A stretch of DNA of 64,000 nt from Alkalispirochaeta sp. (GTDB lineage Bacteria; Spirochaetota; Spirochaetia; DSM-27196; Alkalispirochaetaceae), in the NCBI GenBank assembly GCA_965601925.1, contig OZ271854.1:2976001-3040000 (forward strand). The letters are read 5' to 3'. Position 1 is the first letter of the stretch; each line of letters starts with the position of its first letter. Of the stretch, positions 46,739 to 55,543 are shown one piece after another. A model generated the notes under the pieces. That model did not search any database and was not told the DNA's origin. It saw nothing but the letters and a program-made list of their open reading frames with translations. The position numbers were made by a program, and so were the translations under genes.

Positions 46739-47161
46739 GTGGCCCCCAAGCTGAGAAAGAGCAAACAACGCGATCGCATACTCACACTTCTCCAGTCGCA
46801 GCGCGTGCATGTGACGGCAAACTGGTTGTACGATCAGCTCCGAGTCGACTTTCCGACCCTCAGTTTGGGCAACGTGTACCGGAATCTCAACATTCTCGTT
46901 GAGCAAGGCCTTATAAACCGTCTCGGTTTCGGAAGTACTTTCGACGTATACGAGGCCAAGCGCGAGCCGCATTACCACTTCGTCTGCGACTCCTGCGGCA
47001 CGATCGAAGATGTGCATACACCCAAAGAGCTCCAGGAAGAGGTCGGGCGGTGGGTCGAGCAGCAAGAGGGGCACGTGATTTCCAGCACGACGGTGGAGTT
47101 CCACGGTATCTGCCGTCGGTGCCGTAAGAAGGAAGAGATCGCCGGCAACGACGATTTGTAG
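46739..47161 (+). CDS. Fur-family regulator (PerR-like)
   Basis: SKQRDRIL, HVTA, SLGNVYRNL, HYHFVCDSCG, CRRC. Promoter TTGACC-N17-TATATT-N6-GTG. Confidence 0.9.
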   Translation: MAPKLRKSKQRDRILTLLQSQRVHVTANWLYDQLRVDFPTLSLGNVYRNLNILVEQGLINRLGFGSTFDVYEAKREPHYHFVCDSCGTIEDVHTPKELQEEVGRWVEQQEGHVISSTTVEFHGICRRCRKKEEIAGNDDL

Positions 47162-47191
47162 CCACGACACGTGCGCTCCTTGCAACGCGTT

Positions 47192-47575
47192 TCATCCGTT
47201 TGTCTTTCTGATGTGTCCTCCCGTGTAGACTCGCCCCGACCGAGCTTCCGTATAGGTGATGAATAGATTGCCGTTCAGACCGAGTGAGTCCGAGAGAGAG
47301 CGTGAGATCTCCTCAATGACCGCTGCGATCTGTCCGTCGTCTTTTCCTTCAAAGGCGATGATATCCACGAGGGGAGGGTGCGTGCTTTTCGGCTGAGCGA
47401 ATGCGGGATCGGCCCCCTCCACGTAGAATCCCGGCCGTATCTCGTCCCACGTTGCCCACACCCGGCTCGCGCGGCAGCCGTAAACGCGAGCGACATCAAC
47501 GCATACTGCGGTAAGGGCGGCTTGAATGTCACACCCGGCGTGCTGGGGGAGCCCTCTGATCCGTATGACCGGCAT
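47192..47575 (-). CDS. Tautomerase/MIF-superfamily-like protein (127 aa)
   Basis: Met-Pro start (MPVIRI), two beta-alpha-beta repeats, GGAGGAG SD and TACAAT -10. Confidence 0.55.
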   Translation of the reverse strand: MPVIRIRGLPQHAGCDIQAALTAVCVDVARVYGCRASRVWATWDEIRPGFYVEGADPAFAQPKSTHPPLVDIIAFEGKDDGQIAAVIEEISRSLSDSLGLNGNLFITYTEARSGRVYTGGHIRKTNG

Positions 47576-47690
47576 GTTTCTCCTCCCCTCGTATTGTACC
47601 CCCTTCGTTCCGAGTGCACCGTACACTCGATATCGGCCCCGTGGAGAAATAGCTTTTCCGGCCGACGACACAGTGCTACCTTGTGTAGTA

Positions 47691-48893
47691 ATGGCAAATA
47701 CACTGGATGCTTCCGTCGGCTTCTATCGTTCCCTCGACCCCGTCTTGTCATTCGATCACGTTTTGGATAGCACGCGCTATCGACCGGTTCCCGACGACTG
47801 GTTCGTCGCAATCACCGACGTCGTTGATTCGACACGGGCGATCGAAGAGGGGCGCTACAAAGAGGTGAACGCCGCCGGAGCCGTTGCCGCGGTAGCGATC
47901 GGTAACGAACTCGGTTCTCTGGAGTTTCCGTTCAGTTTCGGCGGCGACGGTATGTTTTATCTCTTGCCCGGTTCTCTCGCAGCGCGGGTGCGCGACATAC
48001 TCGCCGACACGCGCTCGGTGGTCCGCTCCGCCTACGGTCTCGAGCTGCGTGCGGGCATCGTTCCCATGGCGGACGTTCGCGCCGCCGGCCACGAGATTCG
48101 CGTCTCGAAACTCGCCGTAACGGATCGATACGTACAGGCGGTCATCGACGGAGACGGCGTCGATTTTGCCGAGTCTCGTGTGAAACACGCAAGTCTGGGC
48201 AAGCGGTATCGCATCTCGGATGATTACGTCGTGGAGAAGGGCGCAAACTTCGAGGGGTTCACGTGTCGGTGGCAAGGCATCCCCACCGAGAAGGACGAGA
48301 TCGTATCGATTATCGTGAAACCCATGGGCGACAGCGACGAGGAGCGCCGCGAGACGGTTCGACGGGCGATGGCAGAGATCACCGGGACGTTGGGAACCGA
48401 GCAGGAGTATCGTCCCCTTACCGTCGCATCTCACGATCTGAAGAGCTACGGTGACCCAAACGGCGTCGAGGCTGCCGTTCATTCCCGCGGGCGGAGCGGA
48501 ATCGTGTGGCTCTTCAATCGATTTCGCATCTGGTTTGAGTCCAACGTGTTCAAGTTTGTCGTCTCTCACAAACTATCGGTCAAAGTCGAGGGCAAGAATA
48601 TCGGACAAGCGCGCGAGGATAACGTCATGCACTCCGACTTCAGGAAGTACGACGGCACGCTTAAGCTCGTCGCCTCGACGACCTACGCCGCACGCGAACA
48701 GCTCGAGGCGGCGCTCGGCCGTCTGGAGCGGGACGGGAAGATCGTATACGGCCTTCATCGATCGGATCGCGCGCTTTTGACCTGCCTCGTACGACGGCCG
48801 AGCGTCGGTGAGGTGCATTTTGTCGATGCGGCCGACGGAGGATACGCCCTCGCGGCGCGCGCGCTCAAGGCGAAGTTGATTCAGACGCGGTAA
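47691..48893 (+). CDS. DUF3095-family protein
   Basis: VPDDWFVAITDVVDST.AI..GRYK.VN, FGGDG, GFTCRW, SDFRKYDGTL, YGLH, HFVDAADGGYALAA. Confidence 0.8.
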   Translation: MANTLDASVGFYRSLDPVLSFDHVLDSTRYRPVPDDWFVAITDVVDSTRAIEEGRYKEVNAAGAVAAVAIGNELGSLEFPFSFGGDGMFYLLPGSLAARVRDILADTRSVVRSAYGLELRAGIVPMADVRAAGHEIRVSKLAVTDRYVQAVIDGDGVDFAESRVKHASLGKRYRISDDYVVEKGANFEGFTCRWQGIPTEKDEIVSIIVKPMGDSDEERRETVRRAMAEITGTLGTEQEYRPLTVASHDLKSYGDPNGVEAAVHSRGRSGIVWLFNRFRIWFESNVFKFVVSHKLSVKVEGKNIGQAREDNVMHSDFRKYDGTLKLVASTTYAAREQLEAALGRLERDGKIVYGLHRSDRALLTCLVRRPSVGEVHFVDAADGGYALAARALKAKLIQTR

Positions 48894-49000
48894 AACGCAC
48901 TCGTTCACAGTATGCGCCTTGCCCGATATATGCGGGGCCTCCGGAACGCGAACCGGGGGGAGGGTGCGCGACGATTTGCCTCTGGAGCCGTCGTCCGACG

Positions 49001-49058
49001 TTGCGTTGTGCGACACGTGCGTGTAGAATAGATACGTACCAACTACAGTAACACGTGC
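49001..49058 (+). promoter_or_regulatory. Promoter of the RHH-activator operon with repeated ACACGTGC sites
   Basis: TTGCGT-N17-TAGAAT. ACACGTGC (CACGTG core palindrome) at 49013 within the spacer and at 49051 in the leader. Confidence 0.45.
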
Positions 49059-49073
49059 TTCGGAGGCGTATAC

Positions 49074-49547
49074 GTGGCTCATAAGATTACTCTCACGGTC
49101 CCGGACGGCATATACCTCAAGATCGAACGGTGGAGATCGGCTTTCAACCTCTCTCGGGTCTTTCAGGAAGCGATCGAAGAGGCGATCGAACGGAAAGAGG
49201 AGTTTCAGAAGCGACTCGCCCAGGATGTGAGCCTCGCCGATGTCGTCCGCCGGTTGCGCCGAGAGAAGCGAAACTACGAACGGAAGACGTTTCGTAAGGC
49301 GGAGGAGGAGGGGCGTAGGTGGGCCTCTCACGCCCACTACGAGGACTTGGTTGTGATCGCCGGCACTCCCGTTGAGGAGATCGCCGACAATCAAACCGTT
49401 CAGATTCACGTTGCCGATGCGGTCCGCCGGCTTTCGTCGGACCACGAGCGCACCTTTCGTTCTCGTGACGCCTTCCGCGAGACGGTCGTTACCGGCTGGC
49501 ACGCGGGCGTTCGCGCCCTTTGGTCCGCCGTGGAGGATCGGTTATGA
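49074..49547 (+). CDS. Putative RHH/CcdA-like DNA-binding protein with a helical C-terminal domain (157 aa)
   Basis: KITLTVPD..Y.KI.......NLSRVFQEAI ribbon-helix-helix pattern. GGAGG SD and ATGA overlap with the next gene. Confidence 0.65.
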   Translation: MAHKITLTVPDGIYLKIERWRSAFNLSRVFQEAIEEAIERKEEFQKRLAQDVSLADVVRRLRREKRNYERKTFRKAEEEGRRWASHAHYEDLVVIAGTPVEEIADNQTVQIHVADAVRRLSSDHERTFRSRDAFRETVVTGWHAGVRALWSAVEDRL

Positions 49548-52500
49548 GTGCCGCCGGCGCCGTTCTGGGAGTCGACGTCGGTTCCGTGGCGCTCTCCGCC
49601 GTGGTTTTGGAGCGCGACGGGACGATTCGCGGTCGCCACTATGCAATCCACGAGGGCGACATCGGTAACGCCCTCAACGGTATGGAGCGGTGTCTGGATC
49701 TCTCCGACGTCACGGCGTGCGCCCTGACCGGTCGCGCCTCGCACAAGATTCAACACGACTACTTCGCCGATTCGCGCCTGGCGTGCATTCGTTCGGTCAA
49801 AGAACGTTATCCCGAAGTGCGCTCGATGCTTCTGGTCGGCGGTGAGTTTTTTTCTCTCATCCGTTTGGACGCTGAGGGGCGCTACGAGAGCGTACGGACG
49901 AACACCTCCTGCGCCGCAGGGACCGGTAGCTTTCTCGACCAACAGGCGGGCCGCCTAAACATGGCCGACAGCGCCGAGTTGAGCGCCACTGCGTTGGGCA
50001 ATACCGATCCCGTTCCTCCGGTGGCTACGCGCTGCGCGGTGTTCGCCAAGACCGATCTTATCCACGCCCAGCAGGAGGGCTACTCCCTCTCCGGCATCGC
50101 CGAGGGGCTGTGCGTGGGATTGGCGCGTAATCTGGTGGATACGCTCTTTAAGGACGCCGACATGGACGGACCGGTGCTCCTCACCGGCGGCGTTGCGCGA
50201 AACGAGGCGGTTGCTCGTCACATCGATGCGTTGGTGCCGCAGCGTATCGTCGTAGACGCCGACGGCCCGTTTCAGGGAGCGATCGGCGCGGCGTTATCCT
50301 TCCTGGACGAACGGAGCGACGGCGCCGTGACGGACGGGGTCGTCGGTACGGCCGCGTTCGACGTCGTCGATACTCACCGGGAAGAACCGTCGCGTCCGAC
50401 TCTGTCGACCGCGGCGGTCGGCTGCGAGCGTGTAACGGAACGCCACGATCACGGAGCGGTCGATCATCCCGGGAGCGCGGCCGATGTATCCGACGGTTCA
50501 GCGACGCCGTGTTCCGTTGCGGCCTTTCGTGCTCGCAGGCCGGATCGAGGCGGGTTCTATCCGCCGCTCACCCTTCGGTACTCCGACTATCCCTCGTTCG
50601 CCGCCTACAAGCGTTACGAACAGACTATAGAGGGACGGCCCGGGCAACCCTTTGTAGAGGTCGATCTCTATCGTCCGTGGGCGGAGTCGCTGGACGCCTA
50701 CCTCGGTGTAGACATCGGCTCCACGAGCACCAAAGCGGTCGTTACCGACCTACACGGCGAGGTCCTGGGCGGCTTCTACACGCGCACCGCCGGGCGGCCT
50801 CTATCCGCGGCGCAGGCGCTCTTTGATGCGATCGATGCGGCCGCCGGTGCGGAGCAATGCACGCTTGCGATTCACGGAAGTGCGACCACCGGGTCGGGGC
50901 GCAAGTTCATCGGTGAGATCATCCATGCCGACGAGGTTCTGGACGAGATCAGCGCCCACGCCCGCGCGGCGTGCGCGTTGGACCCGCGGGTCGATACGAT
51001 CTTGGAGATCGGCGGCCAGGACGCGAAGTTTACCACCCTCAAACACGGTCGCGTCACCTTGTCGGTGATGAACAACGTCTGCGCCGCCGGGACCGGCAGC
51101 TTCCTGGAAGAGCAGGCCAAACGTCTGGGTGTAGCGGTTCGCGACTATGCGCGGTATACCGCCGATATCCGCGCTCCACGGGTGAGCGACCGTTGTACGG
51201 TGTTCATGGAGCGTGATATCAACCATCTCCTCTCCGAGGGGCATACCGTGCCGGAAGTTCTGGCGGCGGCGCTCCATGCGGTACGCGAGAACTATCTGCA
51301 CAAGGTCGCGGTGGAGAAGAACATCGGTGAGGTGGTCTTTTTTCAGGGTGCCACCGCCAAAAACCGCTCTCTGGTAGCCGCGTTCGAACAGAGATTGAAT
51401 CGCCCCATCCTCGTGTCTCCCTACTGCCACCTCACCGGCGCCCTGGGTGCGGCTCTCACACTCGTCGATCGCGGTGTCGTTTCGACCGAGTTCGCGGGGC
51501 TTGATCTCCACCGCACGTCGATACCGGTCGGGCGCGAGGTCTGTCGGCTATGTGCCAACCATTGCAAACTCTCGGTGGTGGAGGTCGATGGTCGGACCGT
51601 CGCTTTCGGATTTCTCTGCGGGCGGGATTACCGGACCGAGCGGTACGTCGATCGCAATACGAGCGGTTTCGACCTTCTTACGGCGCGGCGCAATGTGGAG
51701 CGCACGCTTCAGGGAAACGTCTCGTCGGAGCCGATTGAAGAAAAGACGCTCGGCGCCGGTGCTGCCTCTCCCACGATCGGCCTTCCCGACGGCCTCTTCA
51801 TGACGGAGGATCTCGCCTACTGGCAGGTGTTCTTCCGCGTACTGGGCATCACTACCAAGACCGGTCGCGGGTTGAAGAATCCGATTCAGCGGGGTAAGCC
51901 GCTGGTGGGTGCCGAGTTCTGTGCGCCGATGTCGGCGCTCCACGGCCGGGCGGCGGCGCTCCTGGAGGAGGTCGATTATCTCTTTCTCCCGACCTACCTC
52001 GAACGCAAGCCGGAGAAGAGCGGCGCGTTGCGTAAGTTCTGCTACTTCTCGCAGTTTGCCGCGTCGTTGATCCGTTACATCGGCGACGACAAGCGCGTTC
52101 TTACGCCGCTCGCAGCCACACGCTATTCGTCCTTTCACCTCGTCGGTGAGCTCCACAAGACGCTGGGTGTGCTCGCCGACCGCCGGCCTACCATCTTGAA
52201 GATCTCGGCCGCCTTGGAAAAAGCGGACGCCTTCCGTCGCAGTCTGACGCGGTCGTTTAAAGAGCTGTATCGCGAGTATATGACCGCCGCGGATACCGTT
52301 GATGTCGTACTACTCGGCCGACCCTACTCGGTGCTGCCGAAAGAGATGAACAAAGGGATTCCCGACATTTTTTCTTCCCTCGGCGTGCGCGTCTTTTACC
52401 AAGACATGATCGACTACGAGCCGCACGATGTGGCCGCGATCGAGCCGCTTCTGCGGGAGATCAACTGGGCGTACGGCGCAAAGATTCTGGAAGCGGCGGA

Positions 52501-54007
52501 GGTTGCGGCTCGGACACCGGGACTGTATCCCGTTTTCCTAACCTCGTTCAAATGCGGTCCCGACTCCTTCATTACCGAGTACGTGAGGCGTATATTGGAC
52601 GCCCACGACAAACCGTATTTGATTCTTGAACTGGACGAGCACGATTCGGCGGTGGGATACGAGACGCGCATCGAAGCTGCGATCCGTTCGTTTCGCAATC
52701 ACATCGAGGAGGGCTCCGGGACGCGATGCGTGTCGGTTGACGGATCGAACTATCGGGGCGTTAATCCGCGCTACGTTCGCGAGCTCACGAGGGACAAGAC
52801 GCTCATTATTCCCAATTGGGACGATTACTCGATCCCTCTGATCGCCGCCGTATTGAACGGCCAGGGATACCGGACGCTCATCATGGAGGAGACCGACGAG
52901 ACCATTCGCCGGAGCCTGAGATGGAACAATGGGCAGTGCATTCCAATGAACGCTCTGGTGGAGGGGTGCGTGGCCACTATCAGGAGCCACATGGTTCAGC
53001 CGGAACGGTGCCTCCTCTGGATACCGATGGCCGCCTTTTCGTGCAACATTCGCCTCTTTCCCCACCACGTGCAGGAGATCCTCAAAGGATACGGTGATGG
53101 AATGGACAAGGTCGGCGTATATCTCGGCGACATGACCTATACCGACCTTTCGCCGGTCGTCACCGCCAACGCCTATCTGGCCTACATGTTCTCCGGCCTC
53201 ATCCGACGGATCGCCTGTCGCATTCGACCGTACGAGCACCACCCCGGAGAAACGGACGAAGTGGTACGGGAGGCGTTGGAAGTATTGAGCGGGGCGTTTC
53301 GGGACGCGGGCGGAAACAAGACGCAGGCGGTGCGAGACATCATGGATCGGTTCGAGCGTATTCCGTACGACCGCGATCGAGAACGGCCCAAGGTAGCTCT
53401 TTTCGGCGACATTTACGTCCGCGACAATCCCGTTATGAACCAGGACGTAATTCGCTATATCGAACGGAACGGCGGGGAGGTCGTTACCATGCCGTTCCAC
53501 GAGTTCACTCGCATGACCGCGAATACGTACTTTTACCGCTGGTTTCGAGAGCGGCGACTCGGGCGCCTTCTGACGTTGAAACCCCTCATGGCGGGGCTGG
53601 CTGCGATGGAGAAATGGTACTACCGTCACTTCGAGCGAGTGATTCGGGAGCCGGCTCCGCAATTTGAGGATGATCCGGCCGAAGTTCTGGGGAGATTCGG
53701 TGTGAGTATCGACCACGAGGGAGAGTCGCAGGACAATCTGCTCAAGACGTGGTACATCAGTCGACAGCACCCCGACCTGTCGCTCTTCGTCCAGCTCAAT
53801 CCGGGATTTTGCTGCGCCGGCCTGGTAACCGAGGCGATGTCAAAGAAGATTCGTGAGGTTACCGGTGTCCCGGTCCTCCCGATCACCTACGACGGTACCG
53901 GCGGCCTCAAAAACGACGCGATCCTGCCTTACTTGAGGTATCCCAGGGACGTCAAGGAGCAACGTGTCTCACCGGAAAAGCGGTCGGACACGTTACGGGT
54001 CGGCTAA
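49544..54007 (+). CDS. Second PlsA/Ger-like fused activator-reductase (1487 aa)
   Basis: GVDVGS...CAAGTGSFLDQQ...RCAVFAKTD, then GVDIGSTSTK...EIGGQDAK...CAAGTG...RCTVF, then CRLCANHC, GFLCG, EFCAP, FKCGPD, GQCIP, FCCAG, YDG. Confidence 0.75.
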   Translation: MSAAGAVLGVDVGSVALSAVVLERDGTIRGRHYAIHEGDIGNALNGMERCLDLSDVTACALTGRASHKIQHDYFADSRLACIRSVKERYPEVRSMLLVGGEFFSLIRLDAEGRYESVRTNTSCAAGTGSFLDQQAGRLNMADSAELSATALGNTDPVPPVATRCAVFAKTDLIHAQQEGYSLSGIAEGLCVGLARNLVDTLFKDADMDGPVLLTGGVARNEAVARHIDALVPQRIVVDADGPFQGAIGAALSFLDERSDGAVTDGVVGTAAFDVVDTHREEPSRPTLSTAAVGCERVTERHDHGAVDHPGSAADVSDGSATPCSVAAFRARRPDRGGFYPPLTLRYSDYPSFAAYKRYEQTIEGRPGQPFVEVDLYRPWAESLDAYLGVDIGSTSTKAVVTDLHGEVLGGFYTRTAGRPLSAAQALFDAIDAAAGAEQCTLAIHGSATTGSGRKFIGEIIHADEVLDEISAHARAACALDPRVDTILEIGGQDAKFTTLKHGRVTLSVMNNVCAAGTGSFLEEQAKRLGVAVRDYARYTADIRAPRVSDRCTVFMERDINHLLSEGHTVPEVLAAALHAVRENYLHKVAVEKNIGEVVFFQGATAKNRSLVAAFEQRLNRPILVSPYCHLTGALGAALTLVDRGVVSTEFAGLDLHRTSIPVGREVCRLCANHCKLSVVEVDGRTVAFGFLCGRDYRTERYVDRNTSGFDLLTARRNVERTLQGNVSSEPIEEKTLGAGAASPTIGLPDGLFMTEDLAYWQVFFRVLGITTKTGRGLKNPIQRGKPLVGAEFCAPMSALHGRAAALLEEVDYLFLPTYLERKPEKSGALRKFCYFSQFAASLIRYIGDDKRVLTPLAATRYSSFHLVGELHKTLGVLADRRPTILKISAALEKADAFRRSLTRSFKELYREYMTAADTVDVVLLGRPYSVLPKEMNKGIPDIFSSLGVRVFYQDMIDYEPHDVAAIEPLLREINWAYGAKILEAAEVAARTPGLYPVFLTSFKCGPDSFITEYVRRILDAHDKPYLILELDEHDSAVGYETRIEAAIRSFRNHIEEGSGTRCVSVDGSNYRGVNPRYVRELTRDKTLIIPNWDDYSIPLIAAVLNGQGYRTLIMEETDETIRRSLRWNNGQCIPMNALVEGCVATIRSHMVQPERCLLWIPMAAFSCNIRLFPHHVQEILKGYGDGMDKVGVYLGDMTYTDLSPVVTANAYLAYMFSGLIRRIACRIRPYEHHPGETDEVVREALEVLSGAFRDAGGNKTQAVRDIMDRFERIPYDRDRERPKVALFGDIYVRDNPVMNQDVIRYIERNGGEVVTMPFHEFTRMTANTYFYRWFRERRLGRLLTLKPLMAGLAAMEKWYYRHFERVIREPAPQFEDDPAEVLGRFGVSIDHEGESQDNLLKTWYISRQHPDLSLFVQLNPGFCCAGLVTEAMSKKIREVTGVPVLPITYDGTGGLKNDAILPYLRYPRDVKEQRVSPEKRSDTLRVG

Positions 54008-54176
54008 GCTCAGATGTCACGGGTACCTCTCCGCGTACTGCCGCCGCACGTTCGTCCGTCCGGCGATACCGGCGTGCAGCGCAATCCGACCAAACGGCGT
54101 CTGCGACGATCGCCGACTCGCTCCCGCCGCGGCAAGCTTCGGTGGAGGAACGGTGCGACCGCGCAGACGTGAGGCG

Positions 54177-55457
54177 TCAGATTTTCGTGTCGTCGGGAAT
54201 GACGGCGTTCTTCGGTACGATGATGATACCGTCGCGCACGAAATAGCGGTCGTAGTCGCCTTCCGGTGGAATGCCGTCCCAGCCGATCGAGCAACCGTTT
54301 CCGATACGGGCGTTTTTATCGATGATGGCGCCTTTGATGCGGCAGTTCGCGCCAATTCCGATCGGCGGTAACGCCTTGCCCTTGTCCGTGCGCTTCGGGC
54401 CCGGCTCCTCGTAGTAGTCGGCCCCCATACATATGACGCCGTCCAGTTTGCAACCCTCGCGGATGATGGTGCGAATGCCCACGACCGAGCGGTTGATTTC
54501 GCTTTCGGTGATAATGCACCCGTCGGCGGCAAGGGAGCGCGATATCGTACACGAGTTGAACTTACCCGGCGGCAGATCGCGACGATGCGTATAGATGGGC
54601 ATCCCCTCGTCAAAGAGGTTGAAGGCCGGGTAAATTTCGGCGAGCTCCAAACTCGTCTTGTAGAAGCTCTCGATCGTCCCTATGTCCTCCCAGAAGCCGT
54701 CGAACATGTAGGCGTTGACGTGCATCGTCTCGATCATCATCGGGATTACCTCTTTCCCGAAGTCGGTGTACGTGTTGTCGAGCGCTCGTTCCAACGCCTC
54801 GGCCTTGAAGGCGTAAATCCCCATCGACGCCAAGTAATCGCGTCCTTCATGGTAGTTGGGAAGGTCGTCTCGCGCCGCTTCCGGGATTTTCATCGATGTG
54901 ATATCGACATCGAGGGGCGGCTTTTCGGTGAACTCACGGATACGCAGCGACTCATCGACGGTGAGAATCCCGAATCCGACGGCATCCTCACGCGTCACCG
55001 GGAGCACCGCCACACTTGCGTCCGCGCCGCTTTCCACGTGCCGGTCGTAGAAGTCGCGCAGATCCATCCGATAGAGCTGATCGCCGGAGAGAATCAGATA
55101 GTGGCTCGGTTTTTGCGTTCGAAAGTGAACTAAGTTCTTGCGCACCGCATCGGCGGTGCCCTCGTACCAGCCCGAGTGCGCGAACGTCTGCTCGGCGGCG
55201 AGAATCTCGACGTAACCTTTCGAAAAGGAGTCGAAAATGTAGGTGTTGGCTATGTGCAGGTGGAGCGACGCGGAGTTGAATTGCGTCAACACGTAGATCT
55301 GTTTGAAGTTGGCGGCAATACTGTTGGAGAGCGGGATATCCACCAGGCGATACTTTCCCCCGAACGGGACCGCCGGCTTCGAGCGCTCCGCGGTGAGTGG
55401 GTACAGACGGGTACCTTTCCCGCCTCCCATAACTACTGTCAATACATCGTCTGCCAT
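54177..55457 (-). CDS. glgC: Glucose-1-phosphate adenylyltransferase
   Basis: GGGKGTRLYPLT..RSKPAVPFGGKYRL, TQFNS, GTADAV, LSGDQLYRMD, DFGKEVIP, WEDIGT. Promoter TTGACC-N17-TACACT-N8-ATG. Confidence 0.95.
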   Translation of the reverse strand: MADDVLTVVMGGGKGTRLYPLTAERSKPAVPFGGKYRLVDIPLSNSIAANFKQIYVLTQFNSASLHLHIANTYIFDSFSKGYVEILAAEQTFAHSGWYEGTADAVRKNLVHFRTQKPSHYLILSGDQLYRMDLRDFYDRHVESGADASVAVLPVTREDAVGFGILTVDESLRIREFTEKPPLDVDITSMKIPEAARDDLPNYHEGRDYLASMGIYAFKAEALERALDNTYTDFGKEVIPMMIETMHVNAYMFDGFWEDIGTIESFYKTSLELAEIYPAFNLFDEGMPIYTHRRDLPPGKFNSCTISRSLAADGCIITESEINRSVVGIRTIIREGCKLDGVICMGADYYEEPGPKRTDKGKALPPIGIGANCRIKGAIIDKNARIGNGCSIGWDGIPPEGDYDRYFVRDGIIIVPKNAVIPDDTKI

Positions 55458-55543
55458 ATGAGTTGAGTGTACGCCCGCCCCGACGGCCGGTCAAGGAATA
55501 GCTTTTGTCTCCGAGGGCTTCGGTATGGTATTCTCATCCCGTC

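Noticed and set aside
49074..49547. CcdA-like antitoxin of a toxin-antitoxin pair
   Set aside because: No small toxin gene is adjacent. It is coupled to a large metabolic enzyme and is too long for CcdA.
54008..54176. Structured ncRNA or REP element between convergent genes (CGTCTGCG...CGCAGACG)
   Set aside because: Only short GC-rich stems expected by chance, with no promoter or second copy noticed.
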